Made by a program: the position numbers and the translations under genes. A stretch of DNA of 64,000 nucleotides from Octopus sinensis (lineage: Eukaryota): NCBI RefSeq assembly GCF_006345805.1, contig NC_043002.1, positions 40,610,001-40,674,000 on the forward strand, given 5' to 3'. The notes beneath the pieces were generated by a model that was not told the origin of the DNA, ran no database searches, and saw only the letters and a list, made by a program, of their open reading frames with translations. Below, piece by piece: positions 23,652-35,605 of the stretch (its first letter is position 1; each line of letters opens with the position of its first letter).

Positions 23652-26600
23652 CATTGACAATATATATACATACATACATATATATGTATATATATATATA
23701 GAGATAGATTAGGATGTATGTATAAAGACAGACAGACAGATAGATAGATAGAAAAACAGATAAATAGATAGGTAGCTAGATAGACAGATATAAAACAACA
23801 TTTAACTTTCCATACACACACATGAATATATATAGTATCATTATCAACATCATGATTTTTTTCCAAGTTATGAAAGGCTGAAGAAGGCTGAAAGAATATC
23901 CTTCAAAGCATCTTAATTTTCCTTTGAGACAAATTCATGTGAAGTGAAATTTACAACCAATATATCTAAACCTATTACTGCTACTGTTAGCATTGCAGCA
24001 TTATTGAAGAGGAAACCTTTGGATTTTCTTTTGTTCACACTACTGTCAAATAAATTCTGTTAATTCCCCACTTCAGACCGTATCTAACTGCAGATTGAAT
24101 TTATAAGGGTATGAGTTAAAATAAAGATTTTCCTCACACAGAATATAAAAACGAAGCTATTGTTAAGTGAGAGATAGATAGACGCAGAACAGAACAGAAC
24201 AACAGAACAGGGCATTAAATAGGCAATAGGCACATGACACATACAGAATGGTAGAACAACAGATGCAAGAACAAGAATAGATAATTGTAAAGATGGAAGG
24301 GAACAGAACAAAAGAGAGAGAGAGAAGGGTGAGAGATAGGCTTAACCAATAAACCAAAACCTAAGCCAAAATAAATATTATTATGGAAAACATTCTAATA
24401 TTATCATGCTGGCTTTAGGTTTAAATCCTCTTTTAAGATTTAAATGTACTGCAAGGTAGGTTGAGATTGGAGTAAAATGTATGTGAATAAAATATAAAAT
24501 ATATTTGTAAATACATATGCAAAATGCACACACAGACTCCTGGACCAGCCTACCTTGCAGTAAAGAGGAAAGGTGGACAGATAGATAGAAGAGGATGGAT
24601 ACAAGAACATGCACACTCATACATAAGCAAAGATGATGTTTGGGTCAAGAGAATTCTGTAATTGTGCAGAAGATAGTACAAAATGTCTAGTGCAGGTATC
24701 ACAATACACACATACAAAGTGAAAAAATAAAATGCACTTGGTACACTTTTGTATGTAAAATGGTTGGTGTTAAGGAGAGCAGCCAGCTATAGAGAAACCC
24801 TGCTAAAAGCTGAGACATGTGACACATGGCCTTCTGCCCCATTCAACCCATGACATTATGGAAAACAGATGTAATAAGCCTGAAGATAACTTGGAAACAC
24901 CAGGCATGTTTTAAAACTTGCCTAGATAATATCTTCAATGTAGGAAACTATTAGTAGCTCAAAACTATATACTGTGTACATTAAAGTATATTTATCTCTT
25001 ACCAAATGGAGTACTGTTTCTCTTGATCTTTCTTTAATGGAAAAGTTAAGTATATCATCTATTCATTTATATATGTGTATGTGTGTGTGTGTATATATAT
25101 ATACATACACACACACACATATATATTTAGTAACAGGAGGAGCATCCAACTATAGAAAACTGCCCCAACATACTCTCATCTGACCCATGCAAGGATAGAA
25201 AAGTAGACATTAAAATGATGATGATGATTCAATCATTCATTCGATCATCCTCAACATAATCGTTTAATGTCTGCTTTCCATGCTGGCATGGGTTGGACGG
25301 TTTGAGGACTGGCAAGCCAGGAAGCTGCACCAGGCTCCAATCTGATCTGGCAAGGTTTCTACAGCTGGATGCCCTTCCTAATATCAACCACTCCGAGAGT
25401 GTAGTGGGTGATTTTTACATGCCACCAGCACAGGGGCCAGTCAGACAGCACTGGCATTGGACCACGTTTGAATGGTGCTTTTTACGCACCACTGGCATGG
25501 GAGCCAGTCAGGCCATCATCACCGTTTTAATGTCCACGTTTTCATCCTTGCATAGGTTGGATGAAGTTTGTTGAAGCAGATTTCCTACAGTCATATGCAC
25601 CTGCTGTTGTCAACTCTTAACTGTTTTCAAGGAAGGAAACAGGCTTTTGCAGAATATTGGAAATGAAAGATGCTGCTTGTATGACAGTGACATTCATTTA
25701 CAAGTATATTATGAGGGCAAGACAAAGAGACACAAACATACACACACTCATACATACATACATATATTCATACATACATACATACAAACATACATACATA
25801 CATACAGACAGACAAATAACTAGACATATATATTAGAAAGAATGAACATGCAAGACGTGCTATCACTTTAGAGCATGAATTTTATAATTTTAACTTAATT
25901 GTAGAGTTGTTACAATGGAGTTGTTGGAGTAAAAGGTATCATATAAATAAGGGAGTAAGAAGTTGTTGATAGAATGCAGGACAGTAGTTTAAGAGAGATT
26001 TATCTGTACTCTATATATACATATATGTTGAGCTTGTTTCAGTTTCTCTCTTATCAAATCTACTTTGGTTGGCCAGGGGCTATAACAGAAGAAATCTGCC
26101 AAAAGTAACATGAAGTGGGACTGAACCCAGAGCCATGTGATTGGGAAGCAAACTTCTTAACCACACAGCCATGCCTGGGTGTTGTATTGAAAACAATAAC
26201 TACATACTGACATACATGTGCATACATATACATATACACAGATTGAAGACAAGTGGCTAAACACACTCGGCTTTCTGGAGGATGGCCCTTGGGAGTTGTT
26301 TAAACAAATAACCAACAGAACAGATGATCGATGACCTGTCTCAAGCTCAGCAATGGACAGGAAGAAGACTGAAAGGTATATACAGTTCTGGTGACTTGAT
26401 TTTAGTGGTGTACAAGCCTTTTGAACACACAGCAACAGACATAAAACTGTATAGTTGTTTGTTTGTGAGTATGTGTATATATCAGAGTCTGTCTGTATGT
26501 GTATTTCCTTCCTGAGATTTTGGCTGTGCTTTTTTTTGTATTGTTTCTACCATTTAGATACCTTTCACATTGCCAATGTCTATGATGGAACTGCCAGAAA

Positions 26601-26679
26601 TCTTTATTATAATATCAATACCAGAGAAGTTGTTTTACAGCCGCAGCATAAACAAGGCAATGAGGGGAAGCCTCAACAT

Positions 26680-26907
26680 CACTGTTTCTCAATTATTTTT
26701 TGCCTATGGACTCCTTTAAATCCTATTTTACTAAGGGAAGAGGCCCCTTATAGTCATTCAATGTCTAAAAGCTTACTATATTTCTATGATTAAATATTAT
26801 TAGGAATTGTATAAAAAAATGTTTAAATATTTATTATGCATAAATTTTTACAATGAAATTTTATATGGACTCACAAGAACCATATGGACACCAGTTGAGA
26901 ACCACTG
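26680..26907. mobile_element. hAT-like MITE
   Basis: Imperfect TIRs CACTGTTTCTCAA ... TTGAGAACCACTG (CAGTGGTTCTCAAC type). Confidence 0.55.
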
Positions 26908-27349
26908 CTCTACATGGTCACTCAAGCAGCCAAATTTCCTTCAAATCATCTTTGGAAAGAAGGACATATTGGACGATGCAGTCCTGAGTGCAGAATATCA
27001 AGTAAAAAGGTGGGCTGTTCATGGTTGGAAAATCTTTGACAATGAATCTGCTCCATCACAACAAATTGTGCATACAGTATTTGATGGCATAAAAGACATA
27101 TCTGCATATTAGTGCAGCCCAATTGCAGCAGCATATATTCAAGTGAAAAAAGATTTTTGTGCTTTAAAGCATGTAATATAGGCCCAGCTTTACATATAGG
27201 TCCTGGGGTGATATTTTGTGACAATATATTGTAAAAAAAGTGTGTCTTATTTACTGTCATATATGGTAATTAAATATTCTAAAGACTGAAAAATTTACCA
27301 TCAAATTTTGTTCAAAAATATATATGGAAATATACTGTATTTTACTTAC

Positions 27350-27453
27350 ATTTCGAACTTCAATTTTTGGCATTCCTCAAAGAAGTAATGGATGATGAAT
27401 TTCTTGACAAAATCTGGATTTAAGTTATTCCAGATTATTTCTGTCCGCCCAAA
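27350..27453 (-). CDS. CPNE8-like: Copine coding exon: [34 protein letters not shown]
   Basis: Minus strand reads tttattttcag|TTTGGGCGGACAGAA...AAGTTCGAAAT|gtaagt. It is 104 nt and encodes the hallmark copine C2A sequence FGRTExIxNxLNPDFxxKFxxxYFFE. Confidence 0.95.
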
Positions 27454-27635
27454 CTGAAAATAAATAAATCAAAAGAAATATAGAAAGCAATGTTTTCAAT
27501 AAAAATTGCAGCATATTTGATATATCATATCAAATACAACTTTCATACAGAACTACTACATACTGTAAAACAATGGTCAGATTATTTTGGCACAAGGCCA
27601 GCAACTACAGGGCTTAACTGGTATTTATTCTATTG

Positions 27636-27870
27636 GATAAGGCGGCGAGCTGGCAGAAACGTTAGCACGCCGGGCGAAATGCTTAGCGGTATTTCGTCTG
27701 CGTTACGTTGTGAGTTCGAATTCCGCTGAGGTCGACTTTGCCTTTCATCCTTTCGGGGTCGATAAATTAAGTACCAGTTATGCACTGGGGTCGATGTAAT
27801 CGACTTAATACCTATGTCTGTCCTTGTTTGTCCCCTCTGTGTTTAGCCCCTTGTGGGTAATAAAGAAATA
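27636..27870 (+). mobile_element. Young family A SINE with 16-bp TSD, nested in an older antiparallel family A SINE (~27580-28010)
   Basis: TSD GGTATTTATTCTATTG at 27620-27635 and 27871-27886. A-box-like GAGCTGGCAGAAACGTTAG, B-box-like GAGTTCGAATTCC, central GACTTTGCCTTTCATCCTTTCGGGGTCGATAAA. Confidence 0.92.
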
Positions 27871-28258
27871 GGTATTTATTCTATTGACCTTGAAAGGGTG
27901 AAGAACAAAGTCAGCCTTGATGACATTTGAACTCAGAGTATATGGAATGGGAAAAAATTCTGCTAACTTTTTAGTCTGACACACTAATGATTCTGCTAGT
28001 TTACTGCCTTACAATAAAGGCTGGCATGGGTTGGATGGTTTGACTGGGCTGGCACGCTGGAAGGCTGCACCAGACTCCAGTCTGATATTAAAATATTTAC
28101 AATAAAGTGTAAACAATAACACTGCTGTAGCTTATCACATCCATCACACTGTAAATAATACTTTATAATGAGTGAATGAGATAGCCAAATCTCCGTCAAA
28201 TAACACCGTTCTACTTTAAATGAAGATTCTCTCTTTCTCTCCCTTTATACATACATAT

Positions 28259-28295
<37 letters not shown>

Positions 28296-28515
28296 TGTCA
28301 GTGGATCATATATCCCATACAGAAGCACAATCTGAAGAATAGACCAGTAATATTTTTACAAGCAGTTAAATATATCTCCAGTCATTGAGTGAGCAATGGT
28401 TCTACATCCATAAAGAACTAGGCTTTACAGACAACTCATCAAACTCAATGGCCTAGCACTTTTGGGATGCGAAACCATTGGTCACTCTATGATTGGACAT
28501 ATAGTTAACTGTTTG

Positions 28516-28571
<56 letters not shown>

Positions 28572-29454
28572 TACATACACATATGTATATGTATGTATTT
28601 GAAAGAAAGACAGAAAAGTCATGGCTGTAACATCTTTGATCATAAGTCTGCTTTATCAAGGCTGATGTGGCCTAAAGAACAGTAGTCTTATAGTCTGTAG
28701 CAAAGCTGCTAAACACCACCACCACCACTCTGCAACCCTGTTGCATAATACAACAAAGTATAAATATAGTAAAATAGGAATCCAAGGAAATCAGTGATGT
28801 TCTATGGCAGCTAAAAGTAACAAATAATTCAAACAGTGGAATAGATTTTATGAATATAACTTTCGAATTCAACATTTTATTGGCTTTGTGTCTCTTTATT
28901 TTTTCTCTTTCCCTTTTCTAGATAGCTTACTGCGATTAAACAAATAAAGCCGTCAGTCTAAGTTATCATGTCAACTTATATAGTTTAATAAACAATAAGC
29001 TAAGATGATCTTTATTTAGTTTTATTTCTTTTTTTTTTATGCTGTTCATGAAAATATCATATTGTAAACAACAAATGTTTTTCTAAAAAAGAAAACAAAT
29101 CAATGATTCAATTTGATTTATAATAAAGAACACTGGAAGTAGCAGAAGACAAAAAGGAAAATTAATAGAAAGAAAAAAATTAAATAAATTTAAGACCAAA
29201 GATATTGTTTGAAGTCCAGTAGAGAGGATATGATAGGAAATGCATGTAAAACATTCATCTACTTAAAGGTAACATACTAAAAATTTTGTTTGTATTGTTT
29301 CATTCTTTTTGCCATGTCCAGCAAGAGCTGGAGAATTTTGTAAATTAAAAAGTGATTAAATTTTTTGTACTAAACTTTTCCTCCTTTGGTTCTGAATGCT
29401 CTTCCTGTAAACAATTTAAATGTAAAATGTAAGTAGCCAAGAATACTGAGGAAA

Positions 29455-30120
29455 GTGTTTCAATCATATGCAAGGGATAATTCTGTTTTGTCACCAAAGC
29501 CTTATTATGATGAGATATCACTTAAGATTTTATGTAGGTCAAGATGGACAAGCTGTGATGCCCTAAACATTGTGTTTTTTGGTCAAGAAGAAAAGCAGAA
29601 CCATCACTACAAAATTTTTGTTATGCAGGTCTTAAAGGACAAATTGCAAATATATTTCATGGTTATGAGGATCATAAAGGACAAGTTGAGAGCAACAAGA
29701 GATTTTATTTATTTTGTGCTGTGTAGGTCATGAAGACAAACTGGGCTGTATTCTAAGGATTTTGTGTTTATGTAAAACAAGTAGGAGAAATTGAGATGCC
29801 ACTAAAAATTTCATTTATGTTACTCATGAAGGACAAGTTGAAATGCTATTAAATATTTTGCATGTATGTAAATTATTATGGACAAGATTAGATATCACTA
29901 AAACTTGTTTTATGTGGGTCATGACAACAAATGCATCTACCACTAAACATTATGTTTTTGTGGGTTTTAAAAGACAATTTGAGCTATGCTAAATATTTTG
30001 TTTATGTTAGTCATAAAGGACAAGTTGAGCTATCACTTAAGAATTTGTGTTTATATAGGTCATGAAAACAACTTGAGCTGCCACCTAAAGTTGTGTGCTT
30101 ATGTACATCATAAACAAGAA
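29455..30120. repeat. Degenerate minisatellite, ~48-bp unit, ~13 copies
   Basis: Recurrent TTATGTAGGTCATGAAGGACAAGTTGAGATGCCACTAAAAATTTTGTGT-like unit. Confidence 0.8.
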
Positions 30121-31190
30121 GCCAAGTGATTGAGTCTCAAATCATATGTACATTTTGGAAAGTATTGGTTCAAGTGGGTACCGAAACCAAGTTACAAATA
30201 CTAGGGCAACTATATTGATGAGTTCAGTAGAATATACAAATTAATTCCAGTACTTATTTTGAAAATCTGGTACTTATTCTATTAGTCTCTTTTGCTGAAC
30301 CACTAGGTTACGAGGGACATAAACAAACCAACACCAGTTGTCAAATGGTATGTTTGTGTGGAGGAACAAACAAAGACACACATACACTTACATACAGTTT
30401 CCATCTACCAAATTTACAAGGCATTGGTTTGTCCAGGTCTATAGTAGAAGATACTTGCTCAAGGAACCATGACTGAACTGAAAACCACGTAGCTGCATAG
30501 TAAACTTCTTAACCACAAAGCTCTGCTTGCACATGTGTGTGTGTGTGTGTGTATTGTTTTATTCTTTTACTTATTTCAGTCATTTGACTGTGGCCATGCT
30601 GGAGCACCACCTTTAGTTGAGCAAATCATCCCCAAGAGTTATTCTTTGTAAGCCTAGTACTTATTCTATTGGTCTCTTTTACTAAACTGCTAAGGGGGAT
30701 ATAAACAATAATTTGTCAAGCAATGGGGGACAAACTCAGACTCACAAATACATACATATATATATATATAAATACAATGGGCTTCTTTCAGTTTCTTTCT
30801 TCCAAATCCACTCTCAAGGCTTTAGTCAGCCTGAGACTAAAGTAGAAGACACTTGCCCAAGGAACCATGCAGTGGGACTGAACCCAAAACCATGTGGTTG
30901 GGAAGCAAGCTTCTTACCACACAGCCACTCCTGCACCTGTGTATAACAATGAAAAAGAAAATAAAAGAAAGAAAAGAAAAACCTACAGGGCGTGACAGGG
31001 ATCTGACACATTTATCAGTCTCTTCTCATCAAATCAAACCTTCCAAAAAAACTGTCTAAGACCTCAAAATAGAAATTAGGTTGATGTGAAACATGAAAGT
31101 AAAAATCATGCTGATAATTGGTTCACTGTGTATAACAATGAAAAAGAAAATAAAAGAAAGAAAATGAATAAACAGAGTAACAGAACCAAC

Positions 31191-31225
<35 letters not shown>

Positions 31226-32027
31226 ATCCAAAAAATAACCCCCTATTACACATCAACACATTCACAAAATACTGTTAGTTCGTTCAGACAGAATATCTAA
31301 TGCATCTCCCAATGCATCACCATCATCATCATCATCATCACCATCATTTAAAGTCTGTTTACCATGTTGGCATGAGTTGGATGGTTTGACTGAAAATTGG
31401 TAAGCCGGGAAACTGCACCAGGTTCCAATCTGATTTGGCATGGTTTCTACAGCTGGATGCCCTTCCTAATGCCAACTGCTCCAAGAGTGTAGTGGGCACT
31501 TTTTACATGCCACCAGCATGGTTGCCAGTTAAGAAACACCAGTATTGGCCATGATTGCGATCTCACTTGGCTTGACAGGTCTTCTCAAGAATTTGCTGTA
31601 GTACAATGCATTTACAATGACCAAGAACAATATTAGAAACAACAGAAAAACTCCCACAATACAACATAGATGCAAGCATAGCTGTGTGGTTAAGCAGGTT
31701 GCTTTCCAACCACATAGTTCTGGTTTCAATCCCTTTGCATAGCACTTTTGGAAAATGTCTTCTGCTGTAGCCTTGTAAGTCAGATCTGGCAGATAGAAAC
31801 TAGAAGAAGCCTCTTGTATGTATACATATCATCATCATCATCGTTTAACGTCCGTTTTCCATGCTAGCATGGATTGGACGATTTGACTGAAGACTGGCGA
31901 ACCAGATGGCTGCACCAAGCTCCAATCTGATCTGGCAGAGTTTCTACAGCTGGATGCCCTTCCTAACGCCAACCACTCTGAGAGTGTAGTGGCTGCTTTT
32001 ATGTGCCACCGGCACAAGGGCCAGTCA

Positions 32028-32072
<45 letters not shown>

Positions 32073-32147
32073 GAAGGTTTGAAAATGCAATTCAAACCTT
32101 CTTTTGTATATAATCCCACTTGTGCGGTACCTTACAACTCCACTTTG

Positions 32148-32185
<38 letters not shown>

Positions 32186-33883
32186 CTCTGTGTGTGTGTG
32201 TGTGCTACTGTCAAATGAAGGTATGTTGTTTAGTGTTTAGGGTATTTGGCTCATGATCGTAAGGTCATGAGTTTGATTTCAGGTTGCACATTATGTCCTT
32301 CAGCAACACACTTTATTTCATGATGCTCCAGTCCACTCAATTGGCGAAAATGAGTCATACCTGTAATTCAAAAGGCCAGCTTTGTCACACTCTGTATCAC
32401 GCTGAATCTCCCTGAGAACTACATTAAAAGTATGCATGTTGGTGAAGCACTCATATCAATTTGACAAGAATGCTGTTTTATTGATTAGCTCACCTGGAAT
32501 CCTTGTCATCATAACTGACAGATTGCCAGTTACTATCTCCTTGCCCTGACATCAAGTGATAGTTGCAAACAAATGTTAATGTAATGCAAGCAGAATCCTT
32601 TTATTTTTTCCAGGGTGTGAAAACATATCTGGTTATGGGGAAATATTAATCCTACTTGGAAACAGATGAGGGTTGGTGACAGGGAGGGTATCCAGTCATT
32701 GAAAATCTGACTCAACAAATTCCATCGGACCCATGCAACAATGGAAAACTGGACAATAAAATGATGATGAATGATGATGACATATTAGATATAACAAACA
32801 CTTTCCTACTCTTCCAAACAGTAAATAAAACAAAAGTAAATAAATAAAAAAAAGACCCCCACAGAACACAGAATTCCACCAGGCAATGGATGAAAAAAAA
32901 ATGGTCTTGAAACAGTTGATAAGAAAAATAATGCTACATAATGATAATGAGAGAAATAATAGATTTTATCAGGAATAAACAAATCTACTGAAAGAAAATG
33001 TTTGCATTAAAATTTAGGAAATTAAAATATTTTAAAACTGTCAATGATTTCAGGTAAAGATAGAAGGTAATATATGTATATATATATATATACACACATA
33101 CATGCAATGTGAGTGTGTGTGAATTGCATAGATATTGCTTATCAACTAATTAACAACAGAAATAGCTAGTAATTTAAGAAAGCAGTATATGCACTCATAC
33201 ACACACACATGCACAAACGAAAACATCACAATGTCAATGAATGGATTTCTACTGGTCATTAAAAAAACCCAAAGAATTACAGAACAGAAAGCTAAAACAG
33301 CCTTTTAAAGATAACAACAACAACAATAATAATAATAAAAGAAAAAAGAAAAGTTTAAACAAGAAATGAACAAAAAAAGAAAGAAAAAGCATGGAAGGTA
33401 AAGAAAATGTACAGTCAGTTTGCAAGAGATGTGAACGCCAAGACAGATACAGAGGACTGGTGGCTGTAGATGAGGAAAAGTGACCTGAAGATAAAGACAA
33501 ATACACACATATGTGCAGCTCAGGAACAAGTATGAAGGACCATCTATATGAAGTGCAGAATAGACAACACTACTGATAGCAACAAATGCAGAATGTGTGG
33601 CGAGAGGAGTGAACTGACCCTGAAGGGATGAAAGGAAAAGTTGACCTTAGTGGAATTAATAATAATAATCCTTTCTACTAGAGGCACAAGACCTGAAATT
33701 TTGGTGGGAGAGGACTAGTTGATTACATTGACTCCAGAATTTCACTGGTACTTAATTTATTGACCCTGAAAGGGTGAAAGGCAAAGTCAACCATAGCAAA
33801 AGTTGAACTCAGAATGTAGCAACAGGCAAAATACCGCTAAGTATTTTGTCCAGTGTGCTAATGACTCTGCCAGCTCATCACCT

Positions 33884-33903
33884 TAATAATAATAATAATA
33901 ATT

Positions 33904-33934
<31 letters not shown>

Positions 33935-33990
33935 TAATAATGATAATAATAATAATAATAATGATAATAATAATAATAATAATAATAATG

Positions 33991-34024
<34 letters not shown>

Positions 34025-34041
34025 TGATGATGATGATGATG
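33884..34041. repeat. (AAT)n/(GAT)n microsatellite next to a family A SINE
   Basis: Directly visible; source of the poly-N and poly-Y ORFs. Confidence 0.97.
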
Positions 34042-34959
34042 ACTTCTTGAAAAAAAGAAAAGAGTAAAGGAAAGAATGAAAAAGGAGACTGGAAAGGATG
34101 CAGTGGAAGAGGAGGGGAGAAGAAGAAAAGAGGGAGGAAGAGAAAGAAGGGGAGATTGATGAGATGGAGGTGGAATGATAGGAAGAGGCAGAAGAGGAGA
34201 TCGAGGAGAATATGAAGATTTCACATATAACTAAAAGTAAGAAGATGGGAAGAGTAGGATAAAACTGAAGAAAGTGGAGTGATAAGAAGAAAGGGAAGTG
34301 TGAAAAAAATTAAAAAAAGGAAAGATTTTATTAAAATAGAAAATAATTTTAACTGGCAGAAATGAAAAAACTGATAAGAAAAAATAAACACTCAAGGACT
34401 AAAAACAAACTAAAGAAGTAAAAACGAAAAGAAACAGGTTAAAAATCTTTTTTTAATTTAAAAGAAATGGAAATCCAAATAGCTAAATAATGAACCGAAG
34501 AATATATTTTGTGTGATCAACTGATGTGATTCACTGATTAATATAAAGGTTGAATTTACCTGAAGTATGGCATCAAAGAATGTGTGAAAAAATTTATATA
34601 ACTATAAATAATAATATTCATAAAAATAGAAAGAAAACCCCAAATAAATCAGTTACCATAAGAAATTTCCGGAGACAACCATTTGTAAAAGTGTCAGAGG
34701 TTAACAAACGATTTCCTGACTTTGGAGTAATGTCAGTCTTTGAAGCCAAAATTTATTATTTATTACACCACTTGTGGAACCTGTGGAAATTCCAAATTTT
34801 GTAAATGTTCTTATTTTTGTTTATAGAACTTCATAATATCATTTTCATTAAGCTAAAAATTTTGATTAGGTATTTGATTTCATTCCATTGTTAAAGTTGC
34901 CAAAAGCTTAACAGATACTTGCAGTGACAAGCAGAATAATATTCCAACCATCCATCTTC

Positions 34960-35605
34960 TCTGCCAACTATTCCTGGGAGAGTTGTTGGGATAGAGTCCT
35001 CCTAGCTGGGGATCTCAGTCATGAACAACTGAAACTATGGATATCATCCAATCATCTTATTCTTGATCTATTTCTAGCTGTCCAGCTGGTTGGCTCAACT
35101 TGAAGACCCTGTCAGGTGAATTCTTTCCTGTGACATTCTAATCCCATGTCAATGATATTAGAGCTGTGACCTTTCAATGTAGAGAAGTAGCTGCTCAATC
35201 TAGAGAGACTCCTTGATCACCAAGCTATGCACTCTATCAAGTAACATTACTCCAGATATCCTTCATAAGAACCCCATTTCTGTTGCTTGTATTTGTGATC
35301 TTACTCTCTAAGAAATTAACCAACATCCATAACCAAAAATGAATGAGGATAGGTACAAAAACCAAACTGAAGATAGCAAGTTTGGCCTTTTTTTTTTTTT
35401 TTACCAACCTCACCTCTTCTGAAGACTGAATGCTGGAGCTGGTGTATTACTGTACCAGCATCTGCAATTCTAGTATCCAATTCAGCTTCATGCTTCCCAT
35501 CACTTGTGAATAAAGCATTGAGGAACTTAAACTTCTCTTGTCTCAGCGATGTAAAGTGCACAGGAAATGTTTCAGTCTTTGCAAAATTAATTCTCAATTC
35601 TGCTT
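34960..35605 (-). mobile_element. Old RTE (Expander/Rex3-like) LINE 3' fragment
   Basis: Minus ORF LRINFAKTE...EKFKFLNALFTSDGKHEAELDTRIADA resembles the RTE 'FKYLG..FTSDG..E.E.D.RI' segment. Confidence 0.65.

Noticed and set aside
1-27349. Search for the next copine exon (YDxD...H) and other host exons
   Set aside because: No candidate with both splice sites and a matching translation was found by eye. It probably lies beyond the window, though a diverged microexon could have been missed.
27641-27725. tRNA-like sequences with A/B boxes (also ~46420-46488 and 56565-56630)
   Set aside because: These are SINE heads continuing into SINE bodies with TSDs, not stand-alone tRNA genes.
29455-30120. 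Regularly spaced repeats resembling a CRISPR array
   Set aside because: The whole unit is repeated and degenerate, with no invariant repeat and unique spacers. There are no cas genes and the context is eukaryotic.
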